Both the position numbers and the translations under genes were made by a program. Below are positions 38,401 to 53,200 of a stretch of 64,000 nt of DNA, one piece after another; the first letter of the stretch is position 1; each line of letters begins with the position of its first letter. A model generated the notes under the pieces. The model had not been told where the DNA came from and did not search any database. It was given only the letters and a program-made list of their open reading frames with translations. The stretch is from Geosiphon pyriformis uo1 (Eukaryota > Fungi > Glomeromycota): the NCBI GenBank assembly GCA_016748015.1, contig JAAOMT010000303.1:682001-746000 (forward strand). The letters run 5' to 3'.

Positions 38401-41400
38401 CTATTTTCTTATTGGTCTATTTTTCTATCTGTTTTTTTAGCTTTCTTTTTTTGTATTTTCTATGAGTAACATTACCATAAATACTATTAATAGAATATTT
38501 AAATCAAGCTTTGTATTTGAGTTTTATAGTAATTCAAAATTTTGGTAATATTGTATTTTTAAAAAAAAAAACCATAGTTAATATTGCCAACTCTTTTTTA
38601 TTTAACAATATAATTATTGTTATAACAATTTTTTCAGTCATCATTACCAAAGATAAAATACTTGTAATCATACTTTTATTTATTTTTAACAGTTTAATCA
38701 CTTTCAATTTTTTTAGTAAAGCTGCTATTAATTAAGACAAACCAATTATAACCATATATATTAATGCCAAAGTAAAACAAAAAAATATTAAATTAATTTT
38801 AGATAATAAATCAATTGACAACATTATTATAAAACAACTTATAGATCAATTAAATTACTAAATAAATCAAGCTGCTACTATTAAAATAATTATTACAGAT
38901 GACAATATCAAAACACTAATAAGAAAAATTGATAATTTTCACTTTAAAATTCATAAAATCAAAATCTTAACTAAAGTACTTATCATAAAAACCACTTAGT
39001 ATTAAGCTTTTATAGAAAATAATTAGCTAATTAAAACTTATGTTATACTTAATTAAACATACAAAAACTTCAGATTACTTTTAATAGACAATACATCAGA
39101 GTATTTACCACATATAAAAATTACAAAACAGCTGTTTTAGAGCAATTTCTAATTGAATTCAAAGAACTTACTTTACAGTTAATCTTAAAAACTTATTAAG
39201 TTTTTTGTACCAATAATTTTTGGATAAATCTATTGCTACTATCTACTTGGAAAGAAAAAAACAAAGAATTGACAAAGAATTTTAGGCATTAATTTCAAAC
39301 TACTTAATTCTGAATCAAAAAAGCCAACTATATTGACTATTAAAATTGATTTGTGTTAATTGCAAAAAGAAATTATTTTTATTAAGTATATGTGTTAGAG
39401 ATAATGAAATATGGCCAACTACTACCAGATATTATTGTCACTCTTATATATTAAAATAATTTAAATGACCAAAATAACAAGACAAGTAAAATTTTATGTT
39501 ATGTTTTGCTTATAGTAAAACTTTGTTTAACAAAAAATTATGAAATAAAGTTTCTAACAGAAAAAAAATATGCAATAAATTTTGCCAATATACTATTTTA
39601 ATCAATAACTGAACCTAAAAAGAAACTCTATTTGCTGCTATTTATAATTAAGCAATAAACTAACTAAATTCATATTTTTATATAAAAAAAATTTTAAAAA
39701 ATAATTATTGTAAAATAAAAAAATACCATAATTAAAAAAATATATATTATAAAAAATATTCTGATAATCATAAAAAAGATGAATAAACTATTTACTAATA
39801 ATCTTAAAGCCTTTTAAGATTAGTATTAAAAACTTGTTTTTACTTAAAAAAAACAAAAACAAAAACTGATTAATCTTAATATAAAACTGTGTAATTATTA
39901 CTTAATTTTTTGCTATTTTTAGTACTATAATAAGTGTAATTTTTTATTCAATCTACCACTTTGAATATTTTATTTAATTGCTAAATTAAAAAAACTTAAA
40001 GAAAAATACAAAATAAATCTGAAGAATATTTAATTTTAAGAGTCAAATATGATTACTAAAATTGAATAATATCTTATTTACTTAGATTTTTTTAAGAAAT
40101 TAAAATTAAAATAATATAATAATAACAATAAAAAAATGTGTTTTAAAAGAGCACATATTAGCAATATTGGATTTGACTTAAAATATTCTGAACAATTTCT
40201 TATAATCATAGTACTTTATTTTTTTGTAAACATAAATTTAAAAATAGTATTAAAAATCTCTATTAATATGATAATACAAATCATATTATGTTTTAGTCTT
40301 ACCAAAAAAAAAATTCATGTTAAAAAAAAAATAATAGATACAAGATATATGGAAAATATTATTATAATGTTTTAGAGCAATTCAAATTAATTTTATATCA
40401 TTAAATCTCAAGAAAAAATTACTTAAATTATTTTTTTATCTTTTGTTAAAATATTTTATTTTATTTTGGTAAACACCAGAAAAAAACTAGGTCTAACTGT
40501 TAAAAAAATTCAAGAATTTGGGTTTAGTGGAAAAGAAAACATACTAGTTAATTATATAGAAGAATTTAGTAATTAGATAAAACTTAATTATATTAATATT
40601 GTTATTTCTATTCTTTTATATTGTTAATATATTATAAAAGTTGATCAAAAAATTCAGGATCAAGTTTTACTGTTTAAAATAATCTCTAAAGTCTGTTGTT
40701 TAGTTAATATTACAAATCTATATATATATATCAAAGTTTATAAACATTTTAAAATCTTTATTTACAATTCTATTAAAAATGTTATTAAGATTTCTAAAAA
40801 AACTTTTATTAAGTTTATAGCTCTAAATATACAAAATCTTAAAAAACTACAATTTATTCTGAATTTTGTTCAATTTTTTTTATTTTGTGATATTACTTCC
40901 CAAATATAAACAGTTTAAAAAAAAGTTATTTGTTTACTTCAGAAAAAATTAAAAAACTTAATTTTGAAAATTTAAATACACTATAACAAATATAATTGAA
41001 AGTTTTTTTAAATCAATATGTTAATGTTTTTGTCAGTAAAAACAAATTTAGATGAATTAATATCATAAAACACAAAATTAATATTAGAAATACTAAACTT
41101 ATTAAACAGTAAGTCTATTAAGTTATTTTTAATAATAATAACTTGATTAAACAAGAAGTACAATAAATATTAGATAATAGATTAATCAAAGAATTACTAA
41201 GTTTTTGGTTCTTATCTGTCATTTTAATTATCAAAAAAAACGAAAAAATTCGTTTTTGCATGAATTACTAAAAACTTAATAATATTATCAAAGAAAATAG
41301 TTATTTAATCCTCTTTATTTAAAAAATTCTAGATAATTTAAGAAATAAGAAATAGTTTTCATTTTTAGATTTAACCAGTAAATATTGGCAAGTTAAGATA

Positions 41401-44279
41401 GATCTTATCAATAAAAAAAAATAGTATTTACTACCAGAAAAAAAAACTATGAATTTAATATAATGCTTTTTTAACTTTATAATGTCCCAGTTATCTTTCA
41501 ATATCTAATAGATGTTATGTACAAAAATTTTTTTTAAAAATCAGTTGTAGTATACTTAAATGATACCAATGTTTTTTCTGAAATCTTTAATAAACATTTA
41601 CTCTACTTTTAACAAGTATTTAACTAACTAAAAAATACAAAATTAAAACTTAATTCTAATAAATACTTTTTTGAAAAAACTGAATTAAAATTTCTAAAAT
41701 ATATATTTGGCAAAAATAAAATAAAACCAGACTTCAACAAAATTCAAAAAGTTAAAAATTTTTCTGTTTTAACTAATCTTCAAAAACTAAGAAGATTTTT
41801 AAGACTGGTTAAATATTATTATTAATTTGTTAAAAGTTTTTTAGATATTGTAAAACTTCTCTATTATTTACTATTAAAACATGTTTTATATATATAAAAA
41901 CTGGCCAGCAAAAAACTTTTGATTATCTTAAATAACAATTCATTAAAACACCAATCTTAATTTATCTAAACTTTAATAAATACTTTATTATAGCTATAAA
42001 TATCTTAAAAAATGCACTAAAAACAGTCTTATTATAAATTAGACTTAATAATTAAAAATATTTTATTGCTTATATTAATTATAACACTAATGTTGTTAAA
42101 AAAATATATAGTGCTTCTAATTTAGAATGTTTTATTGTTTATTAAGCTGTATAAAATTAAGAATATTATCTTTAATATTTTTTTAACTTATATACTAATT
42201 ATAAAGAACTAATTTGGTTATTTAGCAAACTACAATTAAATAAAAAATATACTAGATAAAATACTTATTGCAGCAATTTTTATACAAAATACATTATAAA
42301 AAAAGAGCTAAAAACACTAATATTAACAGCTTATTAAGAATAATTCAAATCTAATCTTATGCTTATAAATATAATTATCTATTAACAATTATATTAATAT
42401 CTGTTAATACTGTAGTTTAAGAAAAAACCATCTTAATAAAAACAAAGTATTATACAGAAACAAGCTTAAAATTATTTTATTTACAATAATTAATTATATT
42501 GCCAAAAATGCCAAAATCATTTGACATCACAATAAATTATAAAAAATAATAAGAAAAAGATTATTTTATTTAACATATATTTTAATCTAACAATAAAACA
42601 CTTTAACAAAGATATTATCTTAAAAAAAATAATTAATAGCCAATAATATATAAAGATATTTTTAAATATATCTTTAATTATAACTTCTATAAAAAACTAC
42701 TTTAATCTATTCAAGTTAGAAATCTATTTAATAAAATTAGAATTAATTTGGCTAAACTTTTTTTAATTATTACCAAAAAAAATTAATATATTATAGTAAT
42801 TATAAATTATCTTACAAAATAGCCAGAAGTTTAAATCATCTTAGTTATAAATACCAAAACAATAGTAAAGTTTATATACTAAAATCTAATCTGCAGACAT
42901 AAATGCCTAAAAAAATTATTATTTAACCAAAAAACTTATTTTGTTAATAGTATGTTTATAGAACTAAGTCAATAATTTGAAATAAAATATTTATTATTAT
43001 TATTATATTATCTTTAAACAAATAGATTGGTAGAACAATTTAACCAAATATTGTACAAAGTACTAACAAAAATAAATTACAAAAATACACAAAAATATGA
43101 TTTATTTATACTCTTAGTATTATTTGCATATTAAATATTAAAGCAAAATATGATTTAATTTATATTATTTAAATTAATATATATAAAAAGTCATATTGTT
43201 TATTAAATTGAAAATATTTTTTTTTCAACAAAAACAGTTACCAAAAAAAACCTTAAAGTTATTTTGTACCAAAAAACATACTAGCTTATAGAAATATTAA
43301 AAAAAAATTATAGAATAACAATTAACAATATTAGTAATTCTTAGGAATAATAATAATAAAAACATGATAATTATTTATCAAACCAATTAGTTAAATTCAA
43401 GATTAAAGACTCAATATTGTTATATTGTACTAAAGCTAAAAAACAATGGAATAGAAAATTTGATTTAAAATAAACAAATCATTTTATATACACAAAGTTT
43501 TAAACAATAGAACTTATAAACTATAATTAAAAAATAAAATTTTAAAGAAAACTACATATAAAAATTGTTTAAAAATTTATTATACAATATAGAAATTGTT
43601 ATTATTTATATCTTAACTAAAAACACAAGCTCTATTAATTAGACCTAAAAATATATTACAAGATTTAAAGCCAATTATTATTATTAAATACAACTTACTT
43701 ATAAAAATTTAAAACACATAAAAACTTTTACAACAATTATTTAAAACAATTCAACAATCTATAATACCAATAAAAATTACAATTAATAAAAAAAAATACA
43801 ATACAGAAATACAAGCAAAAAAAGAGTAAACAAAAGTTTAACTAAAACTAAATATTCTTATTTCTATAAACAATTAATAGAAAAAAAAATACATGATTTC
43901 AAATACTTAAAGAAATTAAAAAAGCCTTAACAATTTAATTATAAAACTATATACAGAAAAATAAACTCCTAAAACTTCCAAAAAAGACTTTTATTAACAT
44001 ACTGGTTTTTTAAAATTAACAAAAAATTAGATTTACAAACATCATATTTAAATATTAACAAATAAATATTCAATAGAAAAGCTCTTATACAAATAGAAAA
44101 ATTTGTCAGAAAAAACAATTTAATATTATACTACAAGACAATATACCAATTATATACAGTATTTAAATGCTGTTTAACCATACTATTAGACAATTTATTA
44201 AAGTCTATTATAATTAAAAATATAGAACAAATAACAAATTCTTAGTTTAAATAACTACAAAAAGCAATATTTAACATAA

Positions 44280-47200
44280 TATTACAAGTAATTATTTGGG
44301 GTCTGAAAACTAATAACAAATCCATAATTTGGTGCTCAATAGCTAATATATTGGTAATATCTAAAGGTTTTTATGATCTAAAGATTTTGGTTGAGTTTTT
44401 TGTATAATAAACAGAGATTTGATAATTGTTTCAGTAGTCTTCTAAAATTGCAATTTTATTAAATTTTTTCTCAGCATGGTGGCTGGCAATTTTCTGGTAA
44501 ACAATCTTTAAATTTAAGTGTCCTTGATGTCAGTAACTCAGTATTTTAATCTTTAATCAATTAACAAATAATAAACAAACAACAAAAAAAAAAGAAAATA
44601 AAGAAAATAAAAAAATAAGCCAAGATACAAAAAAGTTAGTATTTTGTCAATAGCCATAATCAAGAGCTATTGGTCCAGTGTAGTTAAGTATTGACAATTA
44701 TCAACATGAATTGTTGATAGTAAAAAGATGGATGGTGATATTTATTAATTATTTTATTAATATGTGTAATGTTTCCACTTTAAGTTATAGAATACTATTG
44801 TATAAAGGGATAAGTATGGAATTGGCATTGGAGATTTTAAACTAAGGATTCTGTTTTTTTTGCTTCTAATGCTATTACTATATATACATAAATTTTATTA
44901 TACAAAATTTTTTGAATTCCTCAATTCTTTAGCCAGGAATTCTGGAATTCTGTGATTTTTCATACTGGAATCCTGTAATTCCTCTGAAAAGAATCCTGAA
45001 ATTCTATTTTTACTACATCTTATTTTGATTGGCTAATTGTGTACTAATATATAATTCTTATATTCTATGAATAATATTATTCCCTCTTTTTAATATTGAG
45101 CTCTGTTAAGATCTTTTATATTTCTTAACTTTTCTTCTTTAATTAATTTTTGAACTTCTTTTTCAAGAATTACTTAGGTTATTTTGATCTGTAATTCTTT
45201 AAATTAAGCATTGGTAATTTTTCCCAATTGATTAATAATAACTGTATCCATTACTGAATTGAGTAGTATTATTGATTGATCTTAAAATCTTATATGTAGC
45301 CAATATATGACTTATGTTTGTGTAGACAGATTGTTTTTCCTCACAAATTGTTCTAGTGGTTGTAGTATTGTTGTGTTGAATAATTATTTTGTTTTGTCAA
45401 TATACAAGTTCTGAATATTCAGATTTCAACCCAAATAATAATAGCAAAAGTTTTTTAAAAATTGTTGTATCCATCAATTCCAAGTTTTTTTTGTCAGTTC
45501 TTGGTATAATATATTTGTTTTTGGTATTTCTATTAACAACTTTTACTTTTGCTATTATCTTGTCTATAGTGTTTTCTGGTTTTCTGTACATTTTGTATTG
45601 GGTTTTCTTTGTATTATCTTTATACTAAATGGTTTATTGGTTGATTGTGATTTCCATGTTTTGTTGTTGGATTAGTTGGAATAGTTGCTGTGTAAATGAG
45701 TAAATGTTGTTAGTAATTTCCATCTTTATTTGTTGCTTTTGTTGTATCTATCATGTCTTTATATATTATTCTGTTTGATTAACTTGATGTGTTTGTATTG
45801 ATAATTATGATTGGTTCTAGATTTCATAAAATCTTATCTGGTTGGACTAATATTTGTTGTACTTTCAGTTGTAAAATATTACTGATAGATGGTGATGCTG
45901 TATTGTAATATGATTTCAGTCGATCTTTATGTACTGCTTTAGCTAAAATTTTGTTGTTCTATTTTAGTTTATAAGCTCTATTTTCTAGAATTTTTTCTAT
46001 GTAAAATGATCTATTTCATTTGGGGTCAAATTTTCCACTCCATTGTTTTTTTGCTTTGGTATGATATAAAAGTATTTTGTCTCCAATCCTAAATTTAATT
46101 GGTTTATCTGTTAATTGGTTATCATGTTATTTTTTCTGTTTTTTTTGTGACTTTTGAATGTTATCAACTGCTTTTTATTTTTTGTTTTCTAATGTTTTTA
46201 TTAGTTCATATGTTTTTCTTAGCAATGTTCTTTAGAAATTGGCTTCTGTTATTGATTCAATTGAATACATATTGACTTTTATCTCAACTGGTAATATTGC
46301 TGTTCTATTATAAACAAGTTCAAATGGTGTTGCTTGTATGGTATCTTGCTTTATTGTCCAATAAGCAAATAATACTGATGGTATGAACAAATTCCATTTG
46401 TTCTGGTTTTTTTGACTAATTTTAACAATTGCTTTACACAATGTTCTGCTGAATCTTTCAACTAGACCATTTGTTTGTTGATGATAGATAATAATAATAG
46501 TCTTTTGATTCCAAATCTTTGGCTTAATTTTGTTAATATTCTGTTTACAAAATAAATTTCTTGATCTGATAATAATTTTTTTGGACATCTGTGTTGACAA
46601 ATTAAATTTTGATAAATGAATTTGGCTATAGATTTTGCATCTGCTCTTTAAATTGCTTTAGTCTTTGGCCATTTTGTGAGATAATCTATGACTACTGCTA
46701 TATAACAATTGCTTTTACTGGTTATTATTAATGATCTAACTAAGTCAATTCCAATTTTATCAAATAGTTGTCCTATTTTAATTGGTCTTAGTGGTTTACT
46801 GGATCTGGTTTCTTATCTTTTCTAATAAGCATCACAATTTTGAATATATTAAATAATGTCTGAATACATTGATGGCCAATAATATTTTTTTTTGGTTCTT
46901 TCTATGATTGCTTTTTTATAAAAATGTTATTGGATTTGAGTATATGTTGTATAATATTGTTTCTTTCTTTGGTTCTATGATTACTTTGGATGATTGATTT
47001 AGATTTTTTCTGTTTTTCCAATATAATATATTCTAGTGAGTAATAAAATATTTTGATTGTTGTTTTATGTTGTTTTATTTTTTTTAAGATAATTTCTCCT
47101 TAAACTGTTGGATATTAATATAATGTTGAAATTGTTAATATTTTTGTGTATTCATTTTTTGTTATATTTTTGAGTTAAAATGTTCTTAGATTTATTTTAT

Positions 47201-50200
47201 TTACAACAAACTGTTAGAATTTCCATTTTCTTTTTCTTTTTTATAATGTACTGTATATTTAAATGACAAAAGTTCTATTTTCTATTTGGTATAGCAGTTA
47301 TCTTCAAATTCTTGTGTCTGAATTAATGTTAATCCTTTGTAATTAGTGTATACTTTAAACTTCTAACTTAAATATTTTTTCTATTTGATAACTGCCCAAT
47401 AGATAGTTAAATATTCTAGTGCTGATGTTTTATAGTTTTTTTCTGCTGGACTCAAGCTTCAGTTGGCATATACTACTGGATGTTCTCATCCATTTGGTTT
47501 TTTCTAAGATAATATGGCTTCTAATACTTGACTAAATACATTAATGATAATAATAAATGACTTGCTATAATCTGAATATATTAATACTGGTGCTTGAATG
47601 AGCTTTTTTTTTAAAATATTGAAAGCTTTTTGCTAAGTTTCAGTCCATTCATATTTTATATTTTTAGTTTGGAATTGGTGGAATGATTGAGCCAATTTGA
47701 AGAAATTTTGGATAAAGTGGGAATAATATTTAGCAAATCCCAAAAATGCTTTTAATTCTGTGAGATTTGTTAATACTAGAAAATTTTTGACTATTTCAAT
47801 CTTATCTGAATTTGTTTTGATTCTGTTTTTGCTTATGACATGTTTCAAGAATTTCAGTTCTGTTTTGCCAAAGAAGCATTTAGTGGTATTTAACTTTAGC
47901 TTTACTCATCTCAGTCTTTCAAACACTTGCTGTAGATAATGATAATAATCATTAAATGTTTTTAAGAATACATTGGTGTTATTTAGATAAACAATTACTG
48001 ATTTCTATAGTAGTTTGATATAAACAATTTCCATAAGTTGTTGAAAGATGGCTGGTGCATTAGTTAAACTAAATGACATTACTTCAAATTCAAAATTCTT
48101 TTCTCTTGTGGTAAATGTGGTTTTCTCTTTGTTTTCTGGTTTTATGATTACTTGCCAATAACTACTGTCTAAATCCAAAGTGGAAAACCATTTCTTTCCT
48201 TCAAAAATATTGAATAATTTTTGAATTTGTGGAATTGGATAGTTGTCTTCATAAATAATACTGTTGAGCTTTTTGTAATCTACACAAAACTGGATCTTTT
48301 CATTTTTTTTATAGATTAGTACTATTGGTAATAACCATAGACTCATTAATAGTTGAATTAACCTATTATTTAACATTTGGTTAATTTCTTGTTAGATGAT
48401 TTCATAACTTACTAGTAGTATTCTGTATGCTTTTTGTTTAATTGGCATTGTATTTCTAGTCTTGATCTGATGCTAGATAATGTCAATTCTGCCAAATTCA
48501 TTTTTACTGACATCTTTGTTAGTGAAATTGTTAAGCAACATCTTAAGTTGCATCTGTTAAAATAAATCTAGATTTTCTAAGTTTATTTGTTCCAATTATT
48601 CTGGTTGGAGCAAATAATATTTTTTTTATCTATATATTGTTTGTAATGTGATATCTACATATCTGTATAGTTGTGGAAAATCTGGAATAATGCTTGGTAG
48701 TTGGTCTTTGACTTCAATGTTTAAGTATCCAATAGTAGTTCTTTTTGGTATTTCAATAGAGAAATTTTAATGTGTTTGTGATTTTTAGCCAATATATAGA
48801 GATTGGTAATAACAATCTCTCCTAATTTGCAAATAGTGGTTTTTGCTTCAAAAATTTGGGATTGATCTTTTACTTTTCTTTCTATAACTATTAAATACTG
48901 GTTATATGATAGAATAGAAATTAATTGACAGATGGAGATAATTTCTCCCTTGTCAATAATTTCTTCTTCTGCCATATTAATTGGTATATCTATCTTATCC
49001 ATAAATTCGAATCTATTTTTCTCTTTGGCTGTGATCCTTAATTTTTTTTTGTTCTCACTAATACTAATTGAGCTATTTTCATCAGAGATAAGAATATTGC
49101 CTGTGCTATTTTTTCATTTGGTTCAATAATATATTCTTTTTCCAAGTTATTTTGTAACATTGCAATAATATTTCCTATATATTCTCTATTAATTATTTCT
49201 TTTTTAATGTTAATTCCCTTTTTTGCCAAACTAGATCTAAATGCTAGTTGAACCATTGTTGTTATTAGAATTTCCAGAACTACTTTCAGATCAATGCATG
49301 TGCATAAATGTGGTTCTAATTTAATGGCATCTTTTTCTGGATATCTTAGATCAAATTCTGTATTAATATTATGTATGCATTTTGGCATAATACTTTCATT
49401 ATTATTGTTAAACCATTTAAGTTTCTGCTCTTTATTAAGATTAAGGAGTGCAATATATTGTTCAAATTTTAGATTGGGATTTGAATTGTTACTAGTATTA
49501 TTGCTATTTTAAACAGAACTAAAACTGTTGTTATTATTATTATTGTTGGAGTTTAAATTAGAATTGAATGGTAATTCTGATTCTGTTTCACAGCTGCTGA
49601 TTGATTCTTCTTCTTTAAAGATCATGTAGATCATGCATGATGGTGAATTGTAAATGAAATCACACTTATTACAATATTCAAAGTCACAAAAAATTAAGCA
49701 GTGTTAACAAAATTGAGTGTTTAGCTGTTCTAACTGCTGTTTTTGCTCTTTTTTAGTTGGTACCAAATTCTGATAGTGTTTGTAAAATTCTTCTGAACTG
49801 GCTTTAATGTTAAGAAAAGTGTTAAAATTGGAAATCAGGAAAGTTTCTACTGGTTTTGGTAGATTATTCTTAATTTCTAATATTTTACTGGGTAAAACAC
49901 CTTCGACTTTGGCACTTGCTATTCTCCAGATCTTATTTTCATCATGTAGATAACCATTTAAGTATGTTAAAGCACAGTTCTATATGACATCAAAAGACAT
50001 TTTTTTGCTGATCCAATTATTTATAAGGATTATGTATTGGCATGAGGCATTGTATATTTCTCCTTAATTAAGAATGTTATTCTATATTCTTTCATTAAGT
50101 AACTGTTCCCCATAAGCAAAACATAATTTGTTGTCTCACTTGCTTTGCCATTTGGGATATCTATAATATTCTTTGTGGCATGGCTTATAGTAGTAATGTG

Positions 50201-53200
50201 TATGTGTCCAGTAATCTTTGTCAAGTGCAATTCATGCTTCCATAAAGAACAGCTTTTTCTTGTAGTCTTTGTATTTGAGTAAGATATATGGTGGCTCTTT
50301 CCTTATATCTTCCAAATATGATTTTTTCTAGCCACTGGTGGTTTCACTAGTAGTGGTGTTTTTTTGTGGCATGTCTTCTTCTTTTCCTTTTCTCTTGTTA
50401 TCTTAAGAGAGTATTGATGGCAATTTGTTGTGGTCAGTGTTAGCTTACAAGACTTTATAGGCTTTCCAAATAGGTTTCTTCTCTTTTTTTTTGAATTTTA
50501 TTAATAGTGCTGGTGTGGTGGTGGTTTTAAAGTGACCACAAATTGCTAGTACTTGAGTGTATTGCCTATTCTGACTCAGTTGGAGTTCTTGTATGGTCCA
50601 ATCAAGTACAGCATTTGTTTTGGCTAGTTAGTCATTGCCAATTAGCACTTGGTACTAAGTGGCTTTTATTATTAATACCTTAATGAGTGTAATGATACTG
50701 TTGACTTTAAAAGAGAAGTTGTTAATTTTGCCAATAGGAGTTTTGGTTACTTCATTAGCTGTAATAATCTTAGCACTAACAATACAATTAACTCAGTAAC
50801 CTAATTGGTTCATAAGTTGTTAGGTAATAATACTGTCTGCTAACTTACTATTAAGAATTAGTTTGATAAATTAACCATCAATTTTGGCATCAGTGTACAT
50901 TACAGTGATGAGTTTTGTATTAAGGGTGGCTCCACTGAATAATAGTGTTAAGGTTGATTCTTCTAATTCAAAAGGAAAAATAGTGGCAAGTAACTCATTT
51001 TTTGTGCTGGCAGCAGATGAAATATTGTTAGTGAGTAGTGTTTGATTGGCTTCTGAGTTGTTAATTTGGTTATTTTCTAGATTGACAAGTAGGCTTAAAT
51101 AGTGTTGGGCATAGTTAATTCCTGTATTTTGCTGTCATAATCCAGATTGTTGGGTTGTTAGACTGAAAATCAGTTGGTGTATTATTATTGCTGATCTCCA
51201 ATTCTGGTGGATTTGAGTTGTTCTCAATTTTTGGCTTCCATTTTAAGATAAGTTTTGGGGCTGAGTTTGAATTGGTTGTAATTGGTACATGATTTGTGAC
51301 TATAACTGATAAATGGTTTGTGGTGGCTGCTAATAAATAACTGGTGCTGGAGTTTGATATATTGGAAGTGAATACATTTGTTGTATTATTGGTAGGTAAT
51401 AAGGTTAATATGGTTCCTAATTCTGGATGTAATTTGGAGTTTGTAACTGGTGATCAGAGTTTTAATATTGATTGCCTGATTATTGATTATTTAATCTTAA
51501 TTGGCATTTTATTTGTAAGTATTATTATTTACCACAATAGTGACATATATATATTTTTTGTGACCACAATTGGTTTGATAATGATGAACATGACTAATTC
51601 TGAACTCAATTCAAACTTTTTAAATTTGTACATTATTGTCATGGCTAATAAATGGTCTGATTGTTGTTAGTTAAGTATTCTTCTAATTTCTGATTAATGG
51701 ATTTAGCAATTTGTTTTAGTTTTAAATCCAAGTCAGATAATTCATTCATTACTAGATTAATGGCTTGGATATAATTAACTTCTAGTTCAGCTAATTTAAA
51801 ATTTTTAGCATAATTGATTGCATCTTGAAGGGTATTTGAGTGCATTAAATATATTCATTACAATAAACTGCTGTATAAACCTTAGATGAATTGATTCAAT
51901 ATCTGTGATGCTGTAAAATAGTTAGTTTTAATTGCCTGGATTTGTCACAGATTTTTATAGAAATGTTCTAAGTAAGTAATAACTCCTTCTGTATTTCTTT
52001 ATTTGATTGTAATAAAGCTAGTAACTAAGCAATTGATACTGTTATGATTGCTAAAATATTGTAGAAATGCAACTTTAAATGCATTAAAATCTTGTGGTTT
52101 GTTTACAAAATTTTGGTACCATAAATCAGCTGTATTTTAGAGAAAATATGGAATTGTCTAAAAAGCTCTAGCATCATCTCAGTTATTGGCTGCAATTGCT
52201 TTGGCAATATTATTTAATCATGCTTGGGCATTATTTTTTTTGCCAGTAAATTTTTTGATTTTGGTAATTGGTACATAGGCTATTTGTTATAATGGTTGTT
52301 AAAGTTGTAGTGGTTATTGGTAAACAATTATTGGTGCAATAGGTGGATGATTTATTATAATTACTAGAGGTAAGTTCTGGAGAACAATAAAAGTTGAGTT
52401 TGAATTGTTCAGGTTTTTCTGAGTTTAAACAACCAGAGTTTGAATTTTCATGTTTTTAGAAATTAGGTTTTGATTATTAACTTTCTGATTGCTATTTTTC
52501 TTTTTTTCGGATTTGGTTATTTTCCAAGGACTGGTAGTTCTGAAATCTGGTTGTGGTAGTGGTAATCAATGTTCTAATGACATTGCTGGTCACAAATTAA
52601 ATCCTTCAAAATATTTACCATAGATTCCTAATAATTTAGCTTTTTTCTGTTTATTCTAAAATAGGATTCTGGCTAATAGTGTTCTTGTGTTTAATGTAAA
52701 TGTATCTGTTGCTGTAATATTAATGGTACTTTCTGGTGTGTAGTGATATGATAGATTTATTGGTAATTTAACTCTTAGTTTCTTCTAAATAGGTGGTTGT
52801 ATCATTTTTGGTGTTTCTGTTGATGTTTACAATCTTTTCTTGCCTTTGTCTGCAAAGATAATAGGAAATTTCTGTTTGGTGTATTTTTCAATTTCTCTGT
52901 TTATTTCTGTAATTAGTGATACAAATAAATAATTTTGTGACAGTGTCTTACTTTGGAATAGTTCATTAAAGAAATTGTTAAAAATGAATTCTGGATCTTC
53001 TTAATCTTTCAAATAATATATGATTTTTTTGTTAATATAACAATTGAAAGCTGATTCTGCTGACCAATTATTATTTGTCAAAAGAGTAATAATATTAAAA
53101 TAGAGTTTTTGTAAATCTTAAGTGGTTTGTTTCTATTACTTCTGATTTTGTTACTGTTTCCAATAGTTGTTATTAGTGATAGTTCTCTGTTAAATTATAC

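Larger units (their letters stand above)
21289..38471 (-). mobile_element. Gypsy copy G0, 3'-truncated: 5' LTR 37513-38471, PBS ~37495-37510, gag-PR-Cys-dUTPase-partial RT; hosts G1 and a solo LTR
   Basis: Minus-strand homologues of all G1 domains (ORFs 37239-37448, 22182-22727, 21629-21880; PR 'LILNSRSAGSII' ~34110). The dUTPase start is split by G1. Confidence 0.85.
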
